64,000 bases of DNA. Source: Bilabrum cf. latius. Taxonomy: Eukaryota. Every line of letters begins with the position of its first letter. The first letter of the stretch is position 1. Positions 41,101 to 51,000 of this stretch are shown in pieces. Position numbers and translations under genes: made by a program. The notes under the pieces were generated by a model. The model was not told the origin of the DNA and did not search any database. It worked only from the letters and a program-made list of their open reading frames with translations. Location of the stretch: NCBI GenBank assembly GCA_965178125.1, contig OZ237769.1, forward strand, positions 372,001 through 436,000, written 5' to 3'.

Positions 41101-44100
41101 CCAGCGATGCAGCCGAGTCAGCGGTGCACTAGGCCGTCGTTCCCACGGCTGGTGGTGGCGTGCAATCGGTTGCAAAGCACAGCTGGGAGCTGCCAGTCGG
41201 CAGCATTGAGTGGTCCGAGGCCAAGCTTGCGGAACTGGCGGGCGCCGCGAGCGACACCGCGGTCGGCCAGATGACCCGCCAGATCCTCGACATGGTGCCT
41301 CCCAGGCGGCTGAGGCAGCCCAGGCGCCCATGGCAGATTGTGTTCTCTGGGGAGGGCGGCATCGATGCGGGCGGCTTGTTCTCTGAGGCCATGAGCATCG
41401 TATCGGACGAGCTCAGGACTGGACGCTCGCCGGTGCTGTCTCCCACCCGAAACAACGCGCAGTCGGTTGGCACGCAGCGGGATGCTTTCGTGCCTACGAT
41501 CGCATTCGCTCTGCCCTTCGTGGCGGGCGGATACCAAAAGACCGGGCCCAAAACGAACAAGAGCGAGGCGGCAGCGAGCAGCAACGATTTAGTGGGACTG
41601 GTGGCAGCGTGGGCCATGCAACCATCCGCTGAATCCGATTCCACGGTGCCCGAACAGTGCCTGGCCGCCGCACACAGCACGCCGACCGTGCAGCGCACCG
41701 GAACTATGACGTCACTCCCCTCGTGGCGAGGCACCCGCCCCGCCTCCTCAGGAAGCTCACGCCGTCGCAAGGGCGGCAAAGGAAAGCGACCGGTATCTGG
41801 TGGCGGCAGTCGGCGCAAGGGAGTCACGTACGAAGGTGGTCAAAGACAGGGAAGACGGGTCGGCTCCACCGCGGCACAAAGGCCCGCTTGCATGGAGACT
41901 CTTCCACTGCAACGATGGATCGCTGGTCTGCCACTGCTTGCCAGCGACCCTGGCTGCATCGACCTGCTGAGTCGTGCCGCCCGGTAGGCCTCTCAGCCGA
42001 GTAGCCAGCCAGGGCCAGGCACGGCACCGCTGGCTGATCGAGTGCACCAGGCCATACGGCGAAGGGGTAGAGGATCGGGTACTCGGGCTGGTCCCGCTGA
42101 TGCTGACGCAGGGTTGTCATTGCTTAGCCCGGCCGCGCGCGTGCTGCCAACGGGCAATGGGGACGTCCACCTGGCACCAGAGCCGCAGTGCATGCGTGAA
42201 GGACGACGAATGGCTGCGGCACAGCTCGAACTGATCGGCGTGCTGATGGGAGTGGGCGTGCGGGTTGGTTTCTTGCTGCCGCTTGCCTTCCCCGTGGCGT
42301 TTTGGAAGGCGCTTGCCGGCGATTCAGTCGGTCTGTCAGACTTGGAGGGCATGGACGTGGCCTTTGCGCGAAGGATTAGGGAGATTTCACTCGCGGCCAG
42401 CGCTGCAGAACGTGCCACCAGACGCGCAGAGCAGCTGGCAGTTGTTGGAGCAGACACTGGTCATCATGCCAGCCAGCTCTTTGCAGGGGGGGCGCAGGAC
42501 AAGGCCGCCACGGCGGCAGCTCCCCTCCCCCTCGCAGCTGTTGTTGATGCCGCGGCAGCGGCGCGTGCCGCACTGGATCGGCTGGATGCCGTGCTGTACG
42601 ACCAGACCTTCAGCGTGCCGTCATCCGTGGCTGGAGCGACGCTGGAGTTGCTGCCAGGGGGTTCCAAGGTCAATGTGGGCAGGCATCCGGCAGAGGTGCT
42701 TCTGTTCTGCCGGTTGGCAGTGAGAGCACGAGCAGCCGAGCTCGCCTGGGGTGTGCGGTGCATCGCTCGAGGCCTCGCTTCCATCCTGCCCTCGGCTCCC
42801 CTGCGGCTGCTGCCCTGGAGGGAGTTGCGTGCACTTATCTGCGGCGAGGACCGCATGGACGTTGCTCTGCTTCGGCGGCACACCCGCACGCAAGGCATGG
42901 ATCGGCACGGCCACCTGGTAGACTGGTTCTTCGACGTGCTGAAGGGCTTGCCGCCCTCGCGCCAATCCCGGGTACTTCGCTTCATCTGGGCGCGGGACCG
43001 ACTCCCGCCCAACGATGCAGGCTTTGCCATGCCGTTTACGATCATGCGTGACGGCCGGGATAGCCCCGACGGTGCCCTGCCCAGCGCGCACACGTGCACC
43101 TTCCAGCTCGACCTGCCCACATACTCCTCGCCCGCCCTCATGAGGCGGCAGTTGCTCGCAGCGGCTGACAACTGCGTGGGGTACGACCTCGATGGCGGCG
43201 CGCAGGGAGTGGAGGACGGCGTGGATGACGACGACCAGGACGAGGACGAGAATGAGGACGTTGAGGAAGAAGGGGCGGAACAGACCGGAAGTGGTCCTGC
43301 AGAGACTGGCCCCGACGAGGCTCCGGATGATGCGAGGTCACAGGCATCCGATTCCCCACAGGACGACGAGGATGATCAGAACGATGATAACAATGCGAAT
43401 GAACCCGCCGGTGGTGGATCTATCGACCAGCGTACTCATCACCACACCACCCGAAGAGGGCAGCGCTCACTGCAGAGCGACATGCTCAGCCTCCTTGTCG
43501 AGCTGGATGCGTATTCAGTTCTGCGCGAGCCTGTGCCTGACGGTGATCGTGAGAACGACAACGAGCGGCAGGGTGCTGCGCAGGGTCAGGGTCAAGGTGG
43601 CGGTGGAAACGGTTCGTCTTCGTCCGCTGCTGCTGCATTCACGGGCGGCAGCGCAAGTGCAGCGGCGGGGCAGCAGGACCAAGGGTCAGCAGCTGCAGCT
43701 GCATCATCCGGTGCAGCAGCTGCGGCCGGGGGCTCAGATGCAGGTGCGGCAAGTGGTGCCGGTGCAGAGGTAGAGGCGTCAGAGCCCTAGGCCGCAGAAT
43801 AGGCCACCCCTGCAGCTCGTCTCGCCGCGGCTCGCGCTGTCCACGCTGTCATCGATTCTGTGCCCGAGGACGGCGGGGACATCGATGTGGCCGCAATCGC
43901 GGCGGAAGCTGCCCTCGCCGCTGCGCAGGCGGCGGCAGAGCGCCAGGCGATCCACTCGTCACACTCAGACATGGGTGTGGCGTCAGTCGGGGCGGCGGCT
44001 GCGGCCGCACTCGCGGCCACCTCCGCTGCGTCTGGAGGGGCACCGGGCGGTCCTGCCGGTGTGGCCTCGTCTGGCGCTGGTGCGGGCGGAGCCGCCGCCG

Positions 44101-46610
44101 GTGCCGGTGCCGGTGACGACATCATCGAAGGCCTTAGTCTGAGGCAGGGGGGCCGGCGACCAGAGAGGCCCGGCGCCTCCAATGCAGGGGGTGTGCGTGA
44201 GGCGCCCAACACAGAGGACGTGTCGGTGCGGGACGATTTCGTCGACGATGGCGACGTGTCAGACGGGGATGCGACTGGGCGGGATCAGGGTGACGAGCAC
44301 GAGTCTGGCTTCATGGACCGGATGCTTCGGTACAGGCAGCAGCTAGGTGGCAGCGGGTTTCCCGCGATGCTGCACATGCAGGGCGATGGCGGCGGCATGA
44401 TGGATTTCTCCATGGCGTTAGAGTATGCGAGAGCGGCGGGCGCTGGGTCCAGGAACGCCAGGCTAACAGCGTCCCAGCTCACGCAGCACCTAGCCACAAT
44501 CGTCCCCGGTCTTCGGGCACCTGCAACCCGCGACTCTGCTAGGCGAAGGCACGCAGGTGCTTCTGCGGGGTCTCCTGCGGGGGTCCTGGGCCGGGGCCGC
44601 GGGAGGGGACAGACGGCGACGCAGCAGATGCAGACGCACGGCAGTCAGACGGGGGAGCCGACGTCGTCCACAGATCGACTCGGAATCGAAGTGAGGGTGG
44701 GCCGGGGCGCTGCAGGTGGGAACAGTCTCAGCTCCCGACGTGCTCGGCCGGCTGCCAGCGGGCAGCAGCAGCTGGATCTTGGGGGTGGCTAGAGCGGCGG
44801 CGCCAGGTGGGCGCGACCGCGAGGCGGTTCGCCAGCTTCCCCTGGGGTTCGCCGAAGCTTCGGTCCCCTCCGCACCTCTCAGGGGACGAGGGCCTCACCC
44901 GCTAGTGCCGGTGCCGGGCCAATCAACACGGGCGCGGCGGGCGGCGCAAGGACAGGCGTGGGCTATTCCAGGGCAGGCCGCCAGGCCCTGGCCAATCCCC
45001 TGCGGCTATCTCGGGCGGGCAGCCACCGGGACCCTCAGGGAACAAGGGAGGAGCGGCTCGCAGCTTGGTAGCGATCTGCGAGCGCCAGCGGAACCTCCCG
45101 CGGACTCGACGGCGCGGCGCCGGATGCCGCTGGAGGTACTCGCCGCCGACCATTCGGCTATTACGAGGACCAGCTGGAGGGCATGCAACAGGAAAGAGAC
45201 AGCGGTAATCCAGCCGGCCAATCCTCTCTAGAGTCGCAGTGGCAGGTGGTGGGCAGGCGACTCTTGTCAAGCGAGGAGGGTGCCTCAGCCGGGTTCGATC
45301 CCGGGAGGGGCAGGGGTGCCGCTGCGGGCGCGTACGGCTACGGTCCAGGATCCCCGGGTTCGAGCCCCGCTGCGGCTGCTTCCCGTCGGCGAGGCAGAGG
45401 CGGGGGCATCGGCAGAGGCGGCCTCTCCTCGTCGTAGGCCATGAGGCCGCCGCGGTACGGGGATGGTTCCGCAGGACGCGCGGCGCCAGGCGACGGCGCA
45501 TGGCATCGGACCGTGGGAGACCCCCAGGTCTTTCGGGGCCACCGATCCGGAATCGATTCGGAATCGACCGGAGTGGAGTCAGACAGGTCGTTGGTGGCAG
45601 AGCGCAGGCGAGGTCGGCTCTCGGAGATGCTGCAGCTCATGGGACACACTGCGGATTTCGGGACAGACCTGGAGGCCAGCGATGAAGATGAAGAGGAAGA
45701 GGAGAATAGGGGAGGGGAGGACGGCGCCGATTCGATCGGACGAGAGCTGTACAGGCAAGGGGAGATAGAACGCATGGAGTTTGACGCTGATGTGGAGCAC
45801 CACATTCTGCCTGACATGGAGGTGGGCAGCGGAGACGAAGAGGAAGATGAAAATGAAGATGGAGGAGAGGACGGTATTGGCGGCGGCGGAGCATCGGACG
45901 ACGAGGACAATGAAGATTTTGGAAGCGGGGGAGCACCCCTGCCTGATTTCGGCGCTGGCGCTGGCGCACGTGCAGGTGCAGGTGCAGTCGGCCGCGGGCG
46001 GCGGCACGCGGATGAGCATGGTGGTCAAAGTGGCCACAGCCTCGGTTTTTCGTACCACCGGCACGAGGACGAAGACGAAGATGAAGACGGGGATGGATCG
46101 GACGGGTTCGTCGGCGTTGACGACTTGTTTGAAGATGAAGATCACGAGGATGGTGGCCTTGCTCTCCAGGAGGGCTCCATGGGCAGGGGTGGGGTCGGAG
46201 CCCCGGCCCTGGGGCTGGGACAGGCGTTCGGGGAGGAGGACGATGAGGAAGAGGAAGAGGAAGAGGATGGGCACTGGGAGGTGGTAGAGCCGCTGGGGTC
46301 CAATGGCCGCGTGCCGCGCGGGGGGGGTGCGTTTGATGGCGAGGGTGATGACGTGGGTGGTGGCGTAATGGAGTTGCAGCAAGGCAGCGACGAGGAGGAG
46401 GGGGAGGGGGATGGGCTAGGGGACGAGCGCGACGATTAGGGTGAGGGAGCAGATGGTGGTAATGGAGCGCTCGCTTTCGGCTTCGAGCCGCCGCCCGGCG
46501 CCGGGGCAGACCACGCTCCCGATGAGTAGGAGCAATTTGATGATGCCGGAGATAATAGCCTCGGCGGATCAGGCTCTGATGTGGAAGAATACCAAGAATG
46601 GTCCGATTGA
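8204..46610 (+). CDS. Giant HERC-like HECT E3 ubiquitin ligase, ~12,705 aa, join(8204..8961,9251..46610)
   Basis: All plus-strand ORFs of one frame from 9165 to 46439 end in TAG. I read the gaps between them and found no in-frame TAA/TGA before the TGA at 46608-46610 (about 70 TAG in total). The upstream exon is open from ATG 8204 (alternative ATGs 8723, 8750) to a phase-2 intron. HECT motifs: WQIVFSGEGGIDAGGLFSE, LELIGVLMGVGVR, FWKALAG, LELLPGG, ELRALICG, WFFDVL, VLRFIWARDRLP, LPSAHTCTFQLDLPTYSS. Confidence 0.85.
8962..9250 (+). other. GT-AG intron (phase 2) of the giant HECT gene
   Basis: ag|GTGAGA ... cccctcgcag|g restores AGG (Arg) and links the exon-1 frame to the 37-kb frame. Confidence 0.75.
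14257..14322 (+). repeat. 33-bp in-frame tandem duplication (TSAPSSGAGS x2)
   Basis: tgacgagtgcaccgagcagcggtgcagggagtg occurs twice in tandem. Confidence 0.9.
14403..14432 (+). repeat. Poly-Gln tract (CAG)8-TAG-CAG
   Basis: Read directly, in frame with the giant CDS. Confidence 0.95.
17799..17837 (+). repeat. (TCCGGT)n hexamer microsatellite encoding SGSGSG
   Basis: Read directly. Confidence 0.9.
21860..22350 (+). other. Helical region resembling the conserved non-RCC1 scaffold segment of HERC1/HERC2-type ligases
   Basis: AERAAAAAILRHAGL...PPAAILQVFKSARRLRSWMRLVKQQ...VQARAALLLEVTP...SVVAFV...LDTAKL...ARAQV parallels, by eye, the HERC2-type 'LLKH...P..V..V......ERLRFL....P...IAEF...VD.EK......RAE.R' pattern. 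Confidence 0.5.
23484..24120 (+). other. DOC/APC10-like domain within the giant HECT protein
   Basis: SSWQ...MTLTIP...VTSIDV...PKEVQV...VLQVRLGVLRNHHGGNSSQLRAVRVL resembles the APC10 C-terminal 'lqi.i..NhqnG.dt.vr.i.v' motif. Three TAG codons (23619, 23670, 23766) lie inside it. Confidence 0.5.
30819..31220 (+). other. Tandem Royal-family (MBT/Tudor-knot/chromo-barrel-like) domains
   Basis: WRDQLRPGSRVDCFDSHSKWYEGVI...VRVRFLGWS...YDEWLSRTSQRLLPPGT, then a second WRRVQVGDEIEVRD unit. Confidence 0.65.
33480..34260 (+). other. Concanavalin-A/LamG-like jelly-roll domain with a Tudor domain (33711-33860) inserted
   Basis: LamG motifs ITFSTWI, LHPGRWTHVALV...LELWVDG, LRNTQLYMRPLNRDEI; Tudor LPAGTLVEGRYGQVTWYPGRVDNYNDDGTYDILYEDGD. 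Confidence 0.65.
35139..35195 (+). repeat. (CAGGGA)9 microsatellite encoding QG repeats
   Basis: Read directly. Confidence 0.9.
41300..43176 (+). other. HECT catalytic domain; catalytic Cys codon at 43095-43097
   Basis: LPSAHTC motif, with N- and C-lobe motifs in canonical order. Confidence 0.9.
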
Positions 46611-46736
46611 GCTGCGGCAGCTGGTTGCAACAACAATTGTGATTTAGTTTCCTTTTTAACGTGCCATTATACGATCACTTGCCTTTGTAGATATTATAGT
46701 GATTTAGTCGATCCCCATGGAACCACTACGTCTGGA

Positions 46737-47428
46737 TCACCTACTATCTGTGAGTTCTGTATTGTTTCGTACGTACTCTGTGGAGAATCCCTGGGTGTCT
46801 TCACTGATTCGACTTCCATTCAAGTTAACAGCAACCAATTTTGGAAGTGCACTTTTTACCCGGTACGCTGCTACGATTGCCGCAGGACCTCGAGAATCAT
46901 GCGTCCGCTTCAAATCTACCGTATAGACCGCCTAGAGTGGATGCTGGCGCGTACTAGGCCTATGTTCCAGAATGGTAGGGCCGCCCCATCGAGCGACCAA
47001 TGAGGTTGTCCGATGGACTGCAGGGGGCCGGAGAGCCTGGCATTGATCCCGATCCTAACAGCCAAGCCCGCCGAATAGCGAAATAGAAGCAAGTATCATC
47101 TGTTTGGAGCCAGGAAATCACGCTGAAGCGCCCCATTTTCCCCTCTGGTATCAACGAAGAGTCTCGGTCCGTCCTCGTCTACGATGAGGCTGGCATCTGC
47201 GAGTGCCTATCGACGGAAGAAAGTGAGCTGCCCTTGACAATATCCTGGTCTGCGTGTTTGCTCTATTAATTGATTTGATTTGTCCGACTGATCCTTCGAG
47301 GCTCGTCGTCTGCTGCTGGTTGACGTGCCGTGGCTGGCTCGGTGGCCGTGAGCCTCGAACCCTGCCAGCCTTCGAAAGGATTGCTGGCAGGCGAAGCCGC
47401 CGCCTCGGAGCATGGCACATAGCACCAT
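46737..47428 (-). CDS. Possible small minus-strand gene(s): two consecutive ORFs (47428-47096 and 47099-46737), open only if TAG is sense
   Basis: 110 and 120 aa, both ending in TGA and overlapping at ATGA; no recognisable domain. Confidence 0.25.
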
Positions 47429-48004
47429 AGTTGTTTTAAAATTTGCGGCTATCTCGCGCTGTGCGAGCTTTGGCCATACTAGGGGAATGCATGCGTCCCA
47501 TCGGAAGCTGTCGGCTCGGCTGCCCCATTCGCGTCATTGTTACCAGGGTTTTGCAAGTGCGCGGATGTGCAATGCACGAATGCTTGAAATGAATGCGTGA
47601 CGTGGCCATTGTGGCGATTCTGTGCTGTGAAACGTATTATTTAGGCGCGGCGTACCCTGCTTTGCTGGGTGCCGAGCGATGATTGGAGCCTGAGAACTTT
47701 TGTGCGCTCGGTGCGGCCGTCACCGGAACTGTTTTTCATCTCGGATCCCAGAATTGTAATGCATGTTTGTTAATGTGCAGTGCGTGGGATCCGTGCCGCT
47801 GCGGTGGACCATTGGTCCAATTGCGGCCCAGTCGCCAGGCGAGACTTCTATTACATAGTTGGGTGCCGTACGACTCATTGCAAAGCTTATTCACCCAAGC
47901 CATCAGATGCAGGGTGACAAGATGTACTCACCTGTCTTCTAGGCCAAGGGCGAAGCTATTTTCTGCTACCGTGCTGTAATTATTGCTCCGTGTTTCCATC
48001 GCAG

Positions 48005-51000
48005 TCGCTTCGTACTTGACGTTCACCCGACGGCTCCTGGCGCCGGATGATCCGAGGAGCAGCCCAGAGGCGGCCCTGGAAACAGCCAGGGCAATGTATT
48101 ACAGATCAATTGGAGTTACCGAGGAAGTTGTCGCAAGCAGCGAATCGGGCGAGCAGAGCAGCAAGAGCGGCTCCTCTAGCGGCAGCTCGAAAGGAGCACC
48201 CAGCTCCGGTGCTGCTAGCAAATCAAGGTCCAAACCGAGCGGAAAGACTGGCAAGTCCCAAGGAGCATCCTCCCAGCCATCCAAAGAGGAGGCCCCGGCC
48301 GGGGTGCCGCTCCGCTGGTCGGCCTCCTTGCCGTCCCGAGAAGACGAACGTTCGCTCGAGTTCCTTCAGCAGTGCGAGCTGGATCCGACGGTGGCGCAGC
48401 TGCTCCTGGGCAGCCGCCTCGGCGTGGGCTACGACGAGGACGCCATGCGTCTGGTTGCAACCGCTTCCACGTCGGGGCCACGCACTCGATCCGGAGCCGG
48501 TGGCACCGGGACGGGCGCAGGGACGGATTCAGGCAGCCGGCGGTCGGGGCGCGGGGGCAGCGGCAGCGCGGCCGTGGCGGGCTCCTCGTCGCTGGCGGCA
48601 CTGAGCCGGTCCTCTTCGAATGGTTCCGCACATGGCGGCGCCTCGAATGGTTCCGCCAGCGCGGCGCCGAACGAAACGGACGAGGAGTACGCCAGGATAG
48701 GCGTGCTTTTAGGCTCCGAATCTGTCCGGAATCAAAAGGCAATGGCGGGGCCCGACGTTCGCGGCGGGCTGGGGGAGCTTGATCGTTCCGATTCCGAGTC
48801 GGCGGCCTCCTCCTCCTCCTCCTCCTCGTCTTCGTCTTCGTCCAAGCCAAAGCCAATGTCGGAGCAAGCCAAGTGAGTCGTTGGTTGGCCGGCCGGCCGA
48901 TCGTCCGAGTTTCCTCCATTTTATGGATCAAGCAGCAGCATGTGTTCAGCTGTACCGGATTCCACTGAAGTTTGTGCAAGCCCCCCCCCCCCGCCCCCCC
49001 CCCCTCCATTCATTCTAGTGTGCTGCGTATTGGCCCGTGTTGCTCCCATGAATCCGCAGGCAAAGACGCTGGAGATCGTGGTGCGGCGAAGTGGACGACG
49101 TGCTGGAATCCAGGCAGCTGCCCAGCTGGAGGCGGCTGCTGGCCCTCCACATGACGGCGAGGAACCTGCCGCCGCTGCAGGCATACTCGGCCGGAGGGGG
49201 CGGGGGTGGACTGTTCCAGATGGTCCAGGGAACAAAGTCGAAGCTTAGGGAGAGGCTCATGGCCGTCGTCAAGTGGCGGGCAAGGTTGCGTGACGCGCTT
49301 GGGTCGGTACCGTACGACGCAACTGTGCAGGAGCTGGAATCGATCGCGTCGGCCGGGGCGTCGCTTCGCACGTCCCTGCCCGAAGCCAAGGCCAGCCGTG
49401 CGATCGCCAAGGCAGCCAGGAGGTGGCAGCGCAGAGCGGCCAAAGCACTCGCGCAGTGCGAAGCAGCCGCACGAGCCATGACTGTGAAAGACGCAGCACT
49501 GGCCGAGAGACAGGCCATGCGGGACATTGAGACCAGGGAGCTTAGAGCAGAGCTGGAAGAGGCGGGACAGGTTGGGGCGGTGGGTGCCGGGGATCTTGAG
49601 GTGCAGCTCACGCACGACGATGCGGGGCTCGCGGCCGACGGCGAGTCTTCGACACAGGCAGGATCGGGCAGCGCCGCCGCCGTAGGATCCAAGAGAGGCA
49701 GAGGCTGGGAAGAGGACAGTAAGGCGTCCAAAGGCGACGGCCAGGGAGATACATAGCCGCTGTTAGCCCCTGGATTTGCAGCAGCGGGCAGGAGCAGGCG
49801 CAAGCGCCGACGGACATCCCGCCGACGAATCGCAGACGAGGATGAAGACGATTAGGACGAGAGCGGGTCTGCCGATGGCAGCGCATCGGGGAGCAAGAAA
49901 AAGAAGGCGAAGCCTAAAGCCAAAGCAAAGCGCCCTGCCAGCAGGACAGGGAACGGGGGCGCTCAGGCTATGCAGGACGACGGCGATGGAGGCGAGGATG
50001 GGGAGGATGACGACGAGGACGAGGACGATGTGGCGGATCCCGAGGCACCAGCGCCCCGCATCTCGGTGGGCATGCTTCGGCGCATCCTGCAGGAAGGGGA
50101 ACACTTGCCAGTGGCCTTTCCGGAGCGGGCGCGGCTAAAGGAGCGCGTCGAGTTCGTGGATCGTTTGTCGAAGAGGATCAAGGAGCACCTGCCCAACCTG
50201 CCGGGTCACCCCAGAGGCGTGTCTGGGAACCGGCTGCCCTAGTCCTTCATGCTATCTTCGCAGGCTCTGGTGCAGCGCACTGCAGCGGTACCCGGCCTGC
50301 CTGCTGACTCCGTTGTGCTCGCAGACATCGCAAACGGGAGCTCGTTTGCCTCCTCCGGATCCAGTGGGGCCGCGTCAGCCCCTGCATCTAGCGGCGCGGG
50401 ACAGGTGCCGCTGGGGGGGGATGGCTCGGAGCATCATGTCGGTTTAACTAGTGCAGTCAAAACTGATGGGGGCAAGGACGACCCATCCGTCCGTCCCCAG
50501 ACGCTGCACGTCAGCTATCTCGACCCGCTGCAAGGGGGCACGCTGGGCGCCAGCATCGGTAGCACCACGTCGAGCGGGCTGGTTCCCGGGTACCGCAGGG
50601 CGCGATTTCCGCTGGCGCACGTGCAGGCCCTGGCACTGGATGCAGCGCACTGTGGCGTAGGTTTTGCCGAGGCAGAAGTAGCCTCTCAGGTGTGCGAGGC
50701 CGCTCTGGTGTGGAAGAAACGGGCGGAGCAGCTTCTTCACGGGGCCGAGCGGCCCACTGCACGTCTGTTGCGGGACCACGCAGACGCGGCGGAGTACCTG
50801 CCCGTCGATCTCTCGCCCGAAGTGGCTGCGCTGCGGCGGGCGGTCGCCAGGGCAGATGCCTGGAGGGGAGCTGCAAGGGCAACTCTCAAGGTAGCAATGC
50901 TGAGGACGCAGAGCGCCGTAAGTGGCGCGTCTTCGTCTGCGGCAGCTGCCGCAGAGGACACTGGCGGGGCTTCCGGGGCCACGGATGCCGGCGGGCGGTC

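Noticed and set aside
9251-46610. TAGs as splice acceptors of small introns
   Set aside because: Frame is always preserved, there are no consistent upstream donors or intron-like composition, and the recognisable introns here end in CAG.
5159-47097. 15-bp exact match ATAGAAGCAAGTATC at 5159 and 47083
   Set aside because: A few 15-bp matches are expected by chance in 64 kb, and the flanks are unrelated.
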